DNA of 64,000 nucleotides from a virus. Shown piece after piece: positions 50,348 through 61,036 of this stretch (positions within the stretch are counted from its first letter, which is position 1; each line of letters starts with the position of its first letter). The DNA lies in IMG/VR virus record IMGVR_UViG_3300044641_007991, positions 10,281 to 74,280 of that record, one strand, 5' to 3'. The notes below the pieces were generated by a model. That model was given only the letters and a program-made list of their open reading frames with translations. It made no database searches and was not told where the DNA came from. The translations under genes were made by a program, and so were the position numbers.

Positions 50348-50734
50348 TTAGGATCCGTATTTTTCCCGTAACCTAGCATATTCAGCTCGTTCTGCAGCCT
50401 CCTCTACAGCTTGCTTAGCGAGTTTTTTCTCTAACTTAGCCAAACGTAACCGTTCTGATTTTTCGAGCTGCTCTCGCTCGCGTTCTAGTCTAGCAGAGTA
50501 TTCCTCATCCGTTTCTAGTCTATACAAAATCAAAGATAAATTATATCCGCCATCATAACCATAATTATTTCTATAAATTTCATGACGAGTATGATACTCT
50601 CGGATATATTTTTCTTTAATATCAGCAATATTTTTAGCAATACGGCACAAAAATTCATCTAGTGTTTCATCAGATTCTGGGGATAAATCATCAGTAATGT
50701 CAATGTATTCATCATATAGTACTTCTTGTTTCAT
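50348..50734 (-). CDS. Hypothetical protein (R.ETD.EY.AR family)
   Basis: GYDGG..YRLETDEEYSARLE..ERAEY.RL..KY. Confidence 0.7.
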   Translation of the reverse strand: MKQEVLYDEYIDITDDLSPESDETLDEFLCRIAKNIADIKEKYIREYHTRHEIYRNNYGYDGGYNLSLILYRLETDEEYSARLEREREQLEKSERLRLAKLEKKLAKQAVEEAAERAEYARLREKYGS

Positions 50735-51050
50735 AAATTAATCCAGTAAATATGGTGCAATTTCTAAGACAACCGGTTCTGATTCAAATTCGTGAATTTC
50801 GCAAGATTTATAAATTTTCCATTGCGCTTGACATCTATATTTTGATTGACGTTTTACACAATTAATATGAGCTTTTAATCCAGCTTCGGTCCAAGTTTTC
50901 CATTTTTAGTCCAAACATTATGTAATCCACCTGTGGAATATAATTTACTCACAGGATCATAAATTCTATAAACTTTCATAACCACCCTCATAACACCTAC
51001 ACAATAAAATAAAAGTGTCACATAATTCACATTTTTGTACGATAATCATA

Positions 51051-51269
51051 TTAATTCTCCAACACTATTCTACCAGCAAATCTACTAAAATCGCCCATTA
51101 CCCAATCTTTTCGGAATTGACCTAGATGATAAAGTTGGTCATTAGGTGTTGGGCTTATTGATACAACCATTCCTTGATTACGTTCAGTAAATAATACCAC
51201 AGGATAACCTGAATTAGCAACCCCAAGATATGGATAAATTGATGCATCGTATAATTTTGTACTTTTCAT
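51051..51269 (-). CDS. Hypothetical protein, paralog of 48825-49040
   Basis: IYPYLG..VVLF..GRIVLEN. Confidence 0.7.
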   Translation of the reverse strand: MKSTKLYDASIYPYLGVANSGYPVVLFTERNQGMVVSISPTPNDQLYHLGQFRKDWVMGDFSRFAGRIVLEN

Positions 51270-51437
51270 TATTTTCTCCGATTTAAACCTGGATTATAAA
51301 CCTGTGATTCTACCCAACAAGGGATTCCTAATGTACCAGCATAATTACATGCCTCATTATTTGTTGAGAATACTATAACAGCACCAGATGCATCGCGAAT
51401 AATTTCGTGAGTTTTTGTATTAACAAGATATAACATT

Positions 51438-51668
51438 TTAATTATCCATTCTGTGGTAAACAATACAAATCATTTGATTAGCGGATTTGCTAATTAAATC
51501 GAATCCGTCGGTAAAGGTTAATCCATAATCATAACAAAATTGGTTCTCAGCATATTCCTGAGCTGCACCATAATCCAGAAAACCATCATCTACGCCAGTT
51601 AAAAGGATATATGAATCTCTACCGTTAGATTGAATAATATCACCAATATGTGTATGGTTAATTTCCAT
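51438..51668 (-). CDS. Hypothetical protein
   Basis: GGAGAGA RBS after a cassette. Confidence 0.6.
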   Translation of the reverse strand: MEINHTHIGDIIQSNGRDSYILLTGVDDGFLDYGAAQEYAENQFCYDYGLTFTDGFDLISKSANQMICIVYHRMDN

Positions 51669-51874
51669 TTTTCTCTCCAAGAAGGGAGGTTGACCGCTGA
51701 GGGGTCAACCTATGATTCAATTTTACTAAAATCCCACCCAGAAGTCAAGCACTTCTTTCTCGCAGCAGGTTTTTCTAATTCAGTTTCTGTAAATAACACA
51801 CCATCGTGTCTACCCAACGCAATTACATCAAATACAGCACCAGCGGCTAATTGTTTAATCTTCTCGTTCATAAT

Positions 51875-52213
51875 CTAATCCTGTAATTTCGCTAAAGTTT
51901 CACGAGCTTGTTTAATTGCGCTATCAATTAAATCCTGAATTAAACCTGGATCATCTGTTAAAATATCTGAATAATCCGGATATAAATGTCCACCTGAATA
52001 TTCCGCACCTAATTCAATTCCGCAGCGTAACGCACGAACTCGTAACAAAAACCATTTTAAATTACCCGATTCAATATCAGCTAGAATCTGACCCATATTC
52101 TCACATTCAGCATATGTATCATTTGGCGGATAAATATCCCATGTATAATCAATAATGATATCGAAATTATCCTGAGTGCGGGTGGTTAAAACTGTGTACA
52201 TATCGTATGACAT
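51875..52213 (-). CDS. Hypothetical phage protein (I.SG.L.WF..RV..GIELG..Y.GG.LY)
   Basis: Motif and RBS. Confidence 0.7.
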   Translation of the reverse strand: MSYDMYTVLTTRTQDNFDIIIDYTWDIYPPNDTYAECENMGQILADIESGNLKWFLLRVRALRCGIELGAEYSGGHLYPDYSDILTDDPGLIQDLIDSAIKQARETLAKLQD

Positions 52214-52236
52214 ATTATATTTCTCCAGATTATATT

Positions 52237-52473
52237 TTAAGCACTTGTTGCTGTAGATTCTAAGATCTCATCAATTCTTCTCATAACAGCGTATTCGTAC
52301 CATTCTGCTCTAAATAAATCTCCAAAGAATTTAATTGCCAATAAACGATTTTGTCTGTAAACATATAATAATGTTTCTAAGCTCAATTGACCTTGCGAAT
52401 ATTCATATTCAGCACAGACAACATTTGAGATTAATGCATTAAACATTGATTGTCTTTTAGAATTTCTAGCCAT
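52237..52473 (-). CDS. Hypothetical protein
   Basis: GGAGAGA RBS after a cassette. Confidence 0.6.
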   Translation of the reverse strand: MARNSKRQSMFNALISNVVCAEYEYSQGQLSLETLLYVYRQNRLLAIKFFGDLFRAEWYEYAVMRRIDEILESTATSA

Positions 52474-52649
52474 TGCTCTCTCCAGTAATCTTCGATAAGG
52501 GTTGGTCAGGGAACCGTTCCCCAACCTATAGATCAATTTTACTCTAGACCGAGACTAATGTCAAGCACTTTTTTAAAATTTCAAAAAATTTTTACTCGTG
52601 CTAGCAGCGCGTTTTGGTAGGAGCGGGGGAATGGTATTAAAAAACGATT

Positions 52650-53155
52650 ATCGAGGCGCTCGCAAGAGCTAGAGCAGGAAAATAGACCTGCAGGGTACAA
52701 ACAGCAGGTCAGATGCCTTAGGAGAGCATAAACTAGAAGGACTCAACCTAAATGAGGAGAGAGTTCATTTAGGGAGTCCCGTATCAACCCTAGAGCCGGA
52801 GAGAGGAGGCTCTAGAGTCAGAATAGGGAGCTCAACGCGATTCGGCTGGAGAGTAACCTAATCGCGGAGCTAAAACGGTGCTAGCAAGAGGGAGAGAGCT
52901 CTAAGCGCCAGCACCGGAATAAGGTTTGGGCTTATTGTAAAGAATAAGCCCGATAATAACCATTTATCGTAAAGAAAATAAATGGTCTCAGTATGGCGGC
53001 CATATTGCAGTATGCATACTGGAGTAGAATTAGGTTGCTCAACTGAATATACCAATTAAAAACGCATGAAATTCGCAGTAACTTGTATTTTATAGGTTTG
53101 GTATATTCAGGAGCATACAGTCTATTAAGGTTGGGAGAGAGTCAACCTTAACGAG
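52650..53155 (+). ncRNA. Candidate multi-hairpin RNA with GGAGAG loops
   Basis: About 12 consecutive hairpins, six with GGAGAG(AG) in the loop; no credible ORF. Strand inferred from G.U pairing, a GCAA tetraloop and AA bulges. Confidence 0.7.
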
Positions 53156-53162
53156 TGTTCAA

Positions 53163-53579
53163 TTAAACCCAATCTATAGATCGCTTTACAGATAATCTAT
53201 ATTCACAATCCGGTCCTTCTTGGTATTGTTCAATATCAGAATAATCCTCACCCATACGGATATATTCAACATTTAAGTTTAATCTTAAAGCGCAGTGAAT
53301 CATGTGATTAAAGAAATCAGCACCAGATGTAATTTTTAACCAATAATCACCCCATCTAATGCTTTCACCGATAAATAAGAATTCATAACCATATTCTTCA
53401 GAGGTAAAAAATACATCTTTATTGAGAGTGATGTTATTTGATTTACATTCTAGAGCTAAGATTTCATTTTGAATATCCTGAGATAATGAATCAAAGGTAT
53501 TGGAATATAATTCACCAAACTCAAGCATTAAATCCTGATCACCATAAATTCTAATTGCAACATCTGAACGATAACTCAT
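53163..53579 (-). CDS. Conserved phage protein (MSYRSDVAI...EYIRMGED..DIE)
   Basis: Motif. Confidence 0.75.
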   Translation of the reverse strand: MSYRSDVAIRIYGDQDLMLEFGELYSNTFDSLSQDIQNEILALECKSNNITLNKDVFFTSEEYGYEFLFIGESIRWGDYWLKITSGADFFNHMIHCALRLNLNVEYIRMGEDYSDIEQYQEGPDCEYRLSVKRSIDWV

Positions 53580-54003
53580 ATTAACGATCTCTAAGTAATT
53601 TAGCAAGCATGTGCATTGCTACAATTGTTGCTGCAATAATCATAATACTAAAACAGAATCCATATACTGTTAAAATTAAATCATTAGTACACATATTAAT
53701 TACCCCAGAACAACTAATTTAATTGACATAACAACAACAGTCATTGTTACACAAATTGCCAATACTGATACACAACTCATGGTGATTTTAATAAAAATAT
53801 TTTCGTTCATATTATTTCTCCGGAACCGCAGTTAATACACAGTGTTGAGATCTAGTTAGATTTAATTCACATTGTGCGATAATAGGTAAATCAATAGTTT
53901 GATAACACCATAACCAACCTAGACCAAAACACGCAGCAGCAATAAGTACAGCAAATAATGTAAACGCTTGATTATCTGATATATTAATCATATTATTATC
54001 TCC

Positions 54004-54972
54004 TTAGCGTTTAATCATTACAGAGTTAGCCAAAGTAATCCATTTATCTGGGCTGGCCAAATATAATACAGCTAATTTCTCAACAGTTCTTAGGCTCAAT
54101 TCTTTTAAACGATCAACATTCTCGGTTAAATATTCCATTAATTTAGCTTCATCAGCTTTACTGATACCACGGTCACTAAGAATAGATGAACTCATAACAA
54201 CCTGTTTAATTCTAGTCATTAACTCACGGTTGGTATTAATTTGTAAATCAAAGTAAATAGAACGAGATTCTAGAGCTTGCAAGTGTGGAGCTAATTTGTT
54301 ACCGCGTGAGATTAAATCATTAAAATTTAAATTGGTTAAGAAGATAATTGTGCCTTCATAATCAAAATAACGTGGAATTTGTTCGCCGTCTTCAGAGATA
54401 AATTCCTTTTCTGATAACCAAGCAATTCTACGAGTTTTAGTTAATTCTAACGCACCTTTTAATAGATTTAAGCCTACTTCATCTTGGAATACAGCATCAG
54501 CGTCATCAAATACAATTGTTTGACCTTCGAATCTATTTTCCCAGAGTAATTTAAAGATACCAGTTGGTTTAACATAACCTTTGATAAAAGTAAAATCAGA
54601 GTTAATATTTTCTTCTAGGGTTTGACGAACTGTATATGATTTACCAATACCAGCGTGACCGCTAACAACCATAGATTTGGTTTGACCGTCAGCCACGGAA
54701 TTAACTAAGATTTCTAGATTGTCATAGGTATCAGCAATTCTAGCGTCTAATTCTTCATCAGTTTCTACAACAACTGGAACCGCAGGAATATTGGTATCCA
54801 TTTGAGCCGAGAAATTAAATACACCGCGACTAACATTATTATTTGGATTGGTAATGTGTACAGGATATTTAACCTTAAATTTGGCAACCACATCATTTAC
54901 CTGACGACGGGTGATAGTCGCAGAGGTCATTAATTCAGGGAACATTTCTACAGCAGCAGTTTCAAAATTCAT
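54004..54972 (-). CDS. P-loop (AAA+-like) ATPase
   Basis: VVSGHAGIGKS, IVFDDAD, LNLLKGAL, IIFLTN, ALESRS, LSLR. Confidence 0.85.
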   Translation of the reverse strand: MNFETAAVEMFPELMTSATITRRQVNDVVAKFKVKYPVHITNPNNNVSRGVFNFSAQMDTNIPAVPVVVETDEELDARIADTYDNLEILVNSVADGQTKSMVVSGHAGIGKSYTVRQTLEENINSDFTFIKGYVKPTGIFKLLWENRFEGQTIVFDDADAVFQDEVGLNLLKGALELTKTRRIAWLSEKEFISEDGEQIPRYFDYEGTIIFLTNLNFNDLISRGNKLAPHLQALESRSIYFDLQINTNRELMTRIKQVVMSSSILSDRGISKADEAKLMEYLTENVDRLKELSLRTVEKLAVLYLASPDKWITLANSVMIKR

Positions 54973-55051
54973 TTTTCTCTCTCCAGAAGGATTCTTTCGG
55001 AACCCAGAAATTCAAAGTATACAGTTATTATATGTTATTTTTGTTATTAAG

Positions 55052-55216
55052 TCAAGCACTTTGTTGAACTTTTAACCATTGTGAAAACTCTTTGAAACTC
55101 CAATAACCAGTTTTGACCCACTCATATGCTTGTTTCTCTGAAACATTTAGCACATTACATACATTACAGACTTTATCAACCCACAACCATTCGCCATCAA
55201 ATTTTTCAAGTTTCAT
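55052..55216 (-). CDS. Small protein (KQAYEWVK.GYWSFKEF family)
   Basis: Paralog of 56473-56637. Confidence 0.7.
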   Translation of the reverse strand: MKLEKFDGEWLWVDKVCNVCNVLNVSEKQAYEWVKTGYWSFKEFSQWLKVQQSA

Positions 55217-55907
55217 TTTATCTCTCCTAATCAAATATAGACTCATTATACCTAAACAACATCAACAAGTCAAGCACTTTTTAGCAACTTTCATCACAGG
55301 GAGCACTACCACAAGTTTTACATTCTACCGGACTATAATAACAACCTCTCATTGCGGTGCCGTCATCATCCACATCTTCGCCGCAATCTGGGCATTGTTT
55401 ACATTTATAATCGTTAGGATAATCTTTCCATAAATTCCAACCATCGCAACAGCTCATTTTTTCTCTCCGTTTATTTAAGTATGACTCATTATACCGTTAT
55501 ACTGACTAGAAGTCAAACACTTTTAAAACACTTCTCAATTAAATACGGTAAACTCAACACCAACCAACTTACAACCAAAGCGCCAACGGTATACACCCAA
55601 TCAATTAAACTCATTTTTCTCTCCTAGTTGGTCAGGGACAACCCCCAGCGAGGCACGAGCCTCAACCTATAGATCAATTTTACTAAAATTAGAGCGGCAA
55701 GTCAGTCGGTAGACAACCTAGCACTTTTTTACGTGGATTTGTTAATTCTTGTTCTAGGTCCTGGATTTGTTCAGTGAGCTGTTGTACAGTTTTAACCGCC
55801 CATGGCTCACCACTCATTAAACTGCGCAGAGATTTTAATCTAGCGATATTATCTTGGATACTCATCATTGTAATTCCACCTTAATATTTTCCATTATGCA
55901 TTGTTTT

Positions 55908-56102
55908 TTATGAGAAGGTTTCATAATCAACAGTAATGAGTTCAGCAAATAAATCAATGTAAATAGAATGGCTGTTACACAATTGAATATTAACAGAATT
56001 TGCTTCGTGCAATTCCAAAGCTTGTGCAGCTTGATACAAAGCTGCAATTAACTTTGATCGATCAATTTTAACTTCTGTTTCTTCTAATAAAGTAACCAAC
56101 AT
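55908..56102 (-). CDS. Hypothetical protein
   Basis: GGAG RBS after a cassette. Confidence 0.6.
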   Translation of the reverse strand: MLVTLLEETEVKIDRSKLIAALYQAAQALELHEANSVNIQLCNSHSIYIDLFAELITVDYETFS

Positions 56103-56472
56103 AATAATTCTCCAATAAAACCAGTTAGGATCAATTCCCAACCTATAGATCAATTTTACTCTAGTACGATTAACAAGTCAAGCACTTTTTAAAAAAGATA
56201 TAATAAAAATTAAGCTCGGGGATAACACACCCACAGATAAAACACCAGCAACGATCAACTCCATAATCACCTACAGTTAGATTCTATCATCCATTATCAA
56301 TACCCCAATAAAAAGCCAGAGAAAACTACAGTTAATACAACGACAACAAATACAGCTTGCAATACATTAAATACAACAGTCATTTTATTCTCCTAATATC
56401 AGTTAGGGACAATTCCCAGCGAGGCACGAGCCTCAACCTCAAGATCAATTGTACTAAAATCAGCCTAGAAAG

Positions 56473-56637
56473 TCAAGCACTTTCATTTTTCCAGCGAGAA
56501 AATTCTTTAAAAGACCAATAACCAGATTTTACCCACTCATAAGCCTGTTTGTCGGTAATAACATCAGCGATTAAATCATAGACCATACCGTTTTTATCAA
56601 CCCAATCCCATTTGCCCCAAATCTTTTTTAATTTCAT
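56473..56637 (-). CDS. Small protein (KQAYEWVK.GYWSFKEF family), not in the ORF track
   Basis: MKLKKIWGKWDWVDK...KQAYEWVKSGYWSFKEFSRWKNESA*. Confidence 0.7.
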   Translation of the reverse strand: MKLKKIWGKWDWVDKNGMVYDLIADVITDKQAYEWVKSGYWSFKEFSRWKNESA

Positions 56638-57016
56638 CGTTGTTACCAATTATGTGGTACAAGTACAATCCAGCACGCGATTTCTACACCTAGCACAATT
56701 GTCATGGCATATGTATAATATTCGGTGATTTTGCATAATACAGCTGTCATTTGATTATTCCCAGATAAATTCAACAGATAAAAATACAGCAGCAGTCATT
56801 ATGGCAATTACAAATAATTCAATCATTTCTCTCTCCGGTTTAAGAATCTTGTTCTAGCAGCTTTAGATAATTTCAACCCACGGTACGCGATAGAAAATTT
56901 ACCAGCTTTAACACGAGCAATTTTACGACTTAACATTTTAACTCTCCTAATCAAGTATAGATTCAATAGAACAGAGTTCATTATACCTAAATTAGAAGGG
57001 CAAGTCAAGCACTTCT

Positions 57017-57316
57017 TTAACAACCCGACCAAGAAATACCTGAAAAATGACCTGAAATAACATTACCGCGAGAAAAATTCTTAGCAGGAGCTTTATAACT
57101 AGAAGCTTTTAAAATATCGCCTGCCTTAAATTTAGGATTATCCTTCATAACAATAAAAGAATGCACAGAAGAATCTTTGATAATTTTAATGTAAACTTTT
57201 CCAATTTCAATCCGAATAGTTAAGGGTTTTTCTTTAAAACCCATCATTAGATTCCAAGCAGCGTAATCTTCTTGTAAATAATTTACATACCAGTTTAACA
57301 TTTGGTCAGTAATCAT
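57017..57316 (-). CDS. Conserved phage protein (SVHSFI..F..GDILKASSYKAPAKN..RGN)
   Basis: Motif. Confidence 0.75.
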   Translation of the reverse strand: MITDQMLNWYVNYLQEDYAAWNLMMGFKEKPLTIRIEIGKVYIKIIKDSSVHSFIVMKDNPKFKAGDILKASSYKAPAKNFSRGNVISGHFSGISWSGC

Positions 57317-57378
57317 TTTATTCTCCAGTAAGGTTTATCAAGTATAGATTCAATAGAACAGAGTTCATTATACCTAAA

Positions 57379-57621
57379 TTAGAGTGACAAGTCAAGCACT
57401 TTTGTAAATTTATCAACAGTGAAGAAACTTAAACCATCAAACGAAATCGCATACACAGTACATTTTGTTGGTGTATCATTACCGTCTAAGCTAACAAAAT
57501 AATCTTTACTGTAAGTAGATTTAACTGTGTCAACCAGCGGTTTAGCACCACCGAAATCATATTCAACAGTCAAACCAACTACAGAATTAACATCACGCTT
57601 CATCATTTCTAATACAGTCAT
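57379..57621 (-). CDS. Hypothetical protein
   Basis: GGAGAGA RBS after a cassette. Confidence 0.6.
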   Translation of the reverse strand: MTVLEMMKRDVNSVVGLTVEYDFGGAKPLVDTVKSTYSKDYFVSLDGNDTPTKCTVYAISFDGLSFFTVDKFTKVLDLSL

Positions 57622-57724
57622 GGTTCTCTCCAGAATTAGCAGTTAGGACCAGTTCCCAACCTATAGATCAATTGTACTAAAACTAGAGTGACAAGTCAAG
57701 CACTTTTTAGCGCCAGCGATAAAT

Positions 57725-57925
<201 letters not shown>

Positions 57926-57926
57926 A

Positions 57927-58175
57927 TTATTCTCCAATAGTTTCAGCGATAACATCATTGATTAATGCATCAACACAAATCAATAATCGTTCAACAGTAA
58001 AATTCTCAACTGGTTCCCAAACATAGATATCTGGATTAATACCAGAGAAATCAACATCTAACATATCAAATTCAGAATCTAAATCCATTAATAAATCATA
58101 AACCTGTTGTTCAAAACCGCGAACACCACCAAAATATTGTCTAATTGCAACCTTAACTGCTGTAGAAACTTTCAT
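57927..58175 (-). CDS. Hypothetical protein
   Basis: GGAGAGA RBS after a cassette. Confidence 0.6.
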   Translation of the reverse strand: MKVSTAVKVAIRQYFGGVRGFEQQVYDLLMDLDSEFDMLDVDFSGINPDIYVWEPVENFTVERLLICVDALINDVIAETIGE

Positions 58176-58528
58176 ATTATTCTCTCCAAAAAGGGAGGTC
58201 AACCCCAGCGGTCAACCTCAACCTATAGATCAATTTTACTAAAAAGCAGGTCAGAAGTCAAGCACTTGTTCAATAAAAACCGCAACGCCGAAATCGCCTG
58301 CCTTGCGAGTAGACCAAGAACTCCCAACATAATCAATAGAGCAGCCTTGTTCTACACATTCTCTTGCGAAATCAATAGCTTCTTTAGCAAGTTCAAATAC
58401 AAATTCTTCTTTGACCATTTCTCTCTCCAGAGTAAGAGGTCAGGGAACCGCTCCCCAACCTATAGATCAATTTTACTAAAGACCAGCTTAGAAGTCAAGC
58501 ACTTTAGAGCGCCAGCGATAAATTATTT

Positions 58529-58789
58529 TTACTGTTCTAAAAATTCTCGCTGTTTTCTTTCGTGTTCTAGGTCAATATCCGCGCTGTCTAAGAGTATGTT
58601 CAAGGCTAATTTTTCCAAGGCTGTAGGACGATCTCCACACGCCACTCGGATATTCAACCGTTCTATTTCGTCGATACACTGCGCGATAAAATCAGCGTGG
58701 AACATCCCTAGACCATTAATGTGTAGCTGTACAGCAGGAGCAGTTCCCTGTGGTTTGAGAGCGGCTCGTAATCGGTTAATGATACTCAT
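58529..58789 (-). CDS. Hypothetical protein (locally higher GC)
   Basis: Likely start MSIINRL; start uncertain. Confidence 0.5.
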   Translation of the reverse strand: MSIINRLRAALKPQGTAPAVQLHINGLGMFHADFIAQCIDEIERLNIRVACGDRPTALEKLALNILLDSADIDLEHERKQREFLEQ

Positions 58790-59021
58790 GTTATTCACCG
58801 CCAGTTGCAGCCATGTGAACCCAGTATTCGGCTTCATCGGTAGCAGCTGTTCGTAGTTCGCAGACCCAATCCTCAAATTCGCTTAGAGTCATACGACCAT
58901 CACGGACTGCTTCAAATACATCAGAGCTGAACATTATTTCCATTTTTATCTCCTAATCAAATATAGATTCATAGAACAGAGTTCATTATACAGTTAACAG
59001 TGAGCCAAGTCAAGCACTTTT

Positions 59022-59297
59022 TTAATAATATTCTCTGCGAGTATCATCGGTGTCTAGGAAACGTGTTTCAAACGGTAACACAGCGCCAGCAGCGTCTACT
59101 CTAACACCTGGAAGTTGAGCGTCACACACCACTTCATTTTGGTTAAGGTATCTGAACCCATCATAGGCGCCAGCCTCAAATAACACTGTTTCTAATGCGA
59201 AACACATTCCACGTCTAACATCTGGGGCGCAGGTGCTGTGTTTCAGTGATGAGTTGATTTGGGATTTGAAAGCTTCGATATCAAATGTTTTTCTCAT
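59022..59297 (-). CDS. Conserved phage protein (R.GM..LE.VL..AG.Y.GFRYL..DDTRR.Y)
   Basis: Motif and RBS. Confidence 0.75.
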   Translation of the reverse strand: MRKTFDIEAFKSQINSSLKHSTCAPDVRRGMCFALETVLFEAGAYDGFRYLNQNEVVCDAQLPGVRVDAAGAVLPFETRFLDTDDTRREYY

Positions 59298-59405
59298 AAT
59301 ATTCTCTCCAGAAATTAGTTAAGAACCAGTTCCTCAACCTATGATTCAATTTTACTAAAAAGCAGGAGAGAAGTCAAGCACTTTTCACACAGTTATCTAA
59401 AAATT

Positions 59406-59591
59406 TTATCGTTCTGGAAAGAACTCAGCACCACCCACCATATTACCGTTAGAGTCACGCAACCCATAATTTAAGGTGTCTGGGGAGGCTGCGATTTTAT
59501 CAGCTAATTCCCGCAGGATTTTAGCCACCTCAGCTGCGCGGTTATCTTCAAAAGCTGTGTTGTCACATTCAATTTCTGCTACAAATAACAT
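59406..59591 (-). CDS. Conserved phage protein (DN.AF..EVA.ILR.LA..LRD.NGN.VG)
   Basis: Motif and RBS. Confidence 0.75.
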   Translation of the reverse strand: MLFVAEIECDNTAFEDNRAAEVAKILRELADKIAASPDTLNYGLRDSNGNMVGGAEFFPER

Positions 59592-59709
59592 AATAAACTC
59601 CAGGATAAAAAATAATATTGTTAGTAAAAACGGGATTAGAAAATTATCTCCAGAAAACTAATCCCATTTAATAGAGCACACGCCCATATTCAATTGCAAA
59701 ACTTAAAAT

Positions 59710-59819
59710 TATAAATACTGTTTGTCTTAGCATAAAAAATGCCATTCGCGATATGTCCAGTATCCAATGGCTCTAGACATTCTATCAATTAAAACTTACG
59801 AGGATTAACTATGTCCAGC
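59710..59819 (+). promoter_or_regulatory. Late promoter plus conserved HEG leader RNA, copy F
   Basis: TATAAATA 59710-59717; GCCATT-CGC-GATAT-loop-GTATC-C-AATGGC-TCTAGACAT...ATGTCCAGC. Confidence 0.8.
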
Positions 59820-60752
59820 ACAAATACTTATACTGAACGAAAATACTGCGTCTATATTACCCATTATTCGGGTAATGCACTATCAACAAAAACCGAATCA
59901 ACAATACCCCCATCAAATTACATCGGATCAACTTCTGTTGATAAAATCCATAATGGATATAAAGGATCTGTATCCTCCAAAAAATATAAAATTATCTGGG
60001 AAACAGAATTAAAAAATAACCCACATTTATTCTCTGTGGAAATTATTTCGTATCACGACACCAGACCAGAAGCAACCTACAAAGAATTACAATTACAACG
60101 AATATTCAACGTTGTAACGAATCCATTATTTGTTAATATGTCTTATGCTAAACCAAAAGGGTATTTCGGAGTCAGCAATTCTACACAAGTAACATTAATG
60201 AATTTAAATAGAGTTATAAACGGAACTCATCCATTCCAACAACAAGATTTTAAATTTAACCACTCAAATAGATTAAAAGAGTTAGCTGAGATGGGAACTC
60301 ATCCATTCCAACAACAAGAATTACGCGAACGGATATCTAAGATAACTTCTGAATTACAAATTATTAAAATTCAAAATGGAACTCACGTATTCCAGACAGA
60401 AAAACATAAACAGATAATATCTAAAACAACTACAAATAGAAATAAACAATTATCTGAAGAAGGATTACACCCAGCTCAAATATGGTCACAAAAAGGTATT
60501 AACCCGTTCCAATCAAAGGAACATAAACAAAAAACTTCCATTCGAATGCAAGAATCTAATCCTAGCAAATTATCGCATAATAAAGAAAAAACTTCTAAAA
60601 GAAGTAAAGGATTAATCAACGAAAAATGTAAAAGACCATTATATCTCGAGGTTAAAACCTTATGCGAAGAGAGACAAATTAAAAAACCTAAATTTTTGCA
60701 TATGAAATCTGACGAGTTTTTATTAACTTTCAAACAAAGTATTTTAGCTTAA
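59811..60752 (+). CDS. GIY-YIG-like homing endonuclease
   Basis: YCVYITHYSG..YIGSTS..GYKGSVSS..KELQLQ..N; GTHPFQ repeats; MKSDEFLL.FK tail shared with the HEG at 2846. Confidence 0.75.
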   Translation: MSSTNTYTERKYCVYITHYSGNALSTKTESTIPPSNYIGSTSVDKIHNGYKGSVSSKKYKIIWETELKNNPHLFSVEIISYHDTRPEATYKELQLQRIFNVVTNPLFVNMSYAKPKGYFGVSNSTQVTLMNLNRVINGTHPFQQQDFKFNHSNRLKELAEMGTHPFQQQELRERISKITSELQIIKIQNGTHVFQTEKHKQIISKTTTNRNKQLSEEGLHPAQIWSQKGINPFQSKEHKQKTSIRMQESNPSKLSHNKEKTSKRSKGLINEKCKRPLYLEVKTLCEERQIKKPKFLHMKSDEFLLTFKQSILA

Positions 60753-61028
60753 CACTTTCCCGTATTCTATACAGAATAATGGCATATTGTTAGCTTTATC
60801 GACGATGAGTAAATTATATCCGTCATCGTCGATAACTTTGACCCTACCTTTAGAATGTTCAGATAACAATCCCAACTCATTTCGTACAAATTTAATTGTT
60901 TGACGATCTGATTTAAATGATTCAAATTGTTCAACTGAGATTTCCGCCACAGTATTCCAATAATTCCATTCCCACCAACCATCAGTTTTAACTGCTGAGA
61001 TATTTAATACACGGATATTTTCTCTCAT
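60744..61028 (-). CDS. Hypothetical protein (W.WN.W..DDGYN..PLF.IEYG)
   Basis: Motif and RBS. Confidence 0.7.
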   Translation of the reverse strand: MRENIRVLNISAVKTDGWWEWNYWNTVAEISVEQFESFKSDRQTIKFVRNELGLLSEHSKGRVKVIDDDGYNLLIVDKANNMPLFCIEYGKVLS

Positions 61029-61036
61029 AATTATTC

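Noticed and set aside
52870-53055. 61-aa - strand ORF in the hairpin array
   Set aside because: Non-ATG start and no recognisable motif; the dense hairpins explain the sequence better.
58107-58856. 249-aa + strand ORF
   Set aside because: Antisense to several RBS-bearing genes and runs through two promoter cassettes; no recognisable motif.
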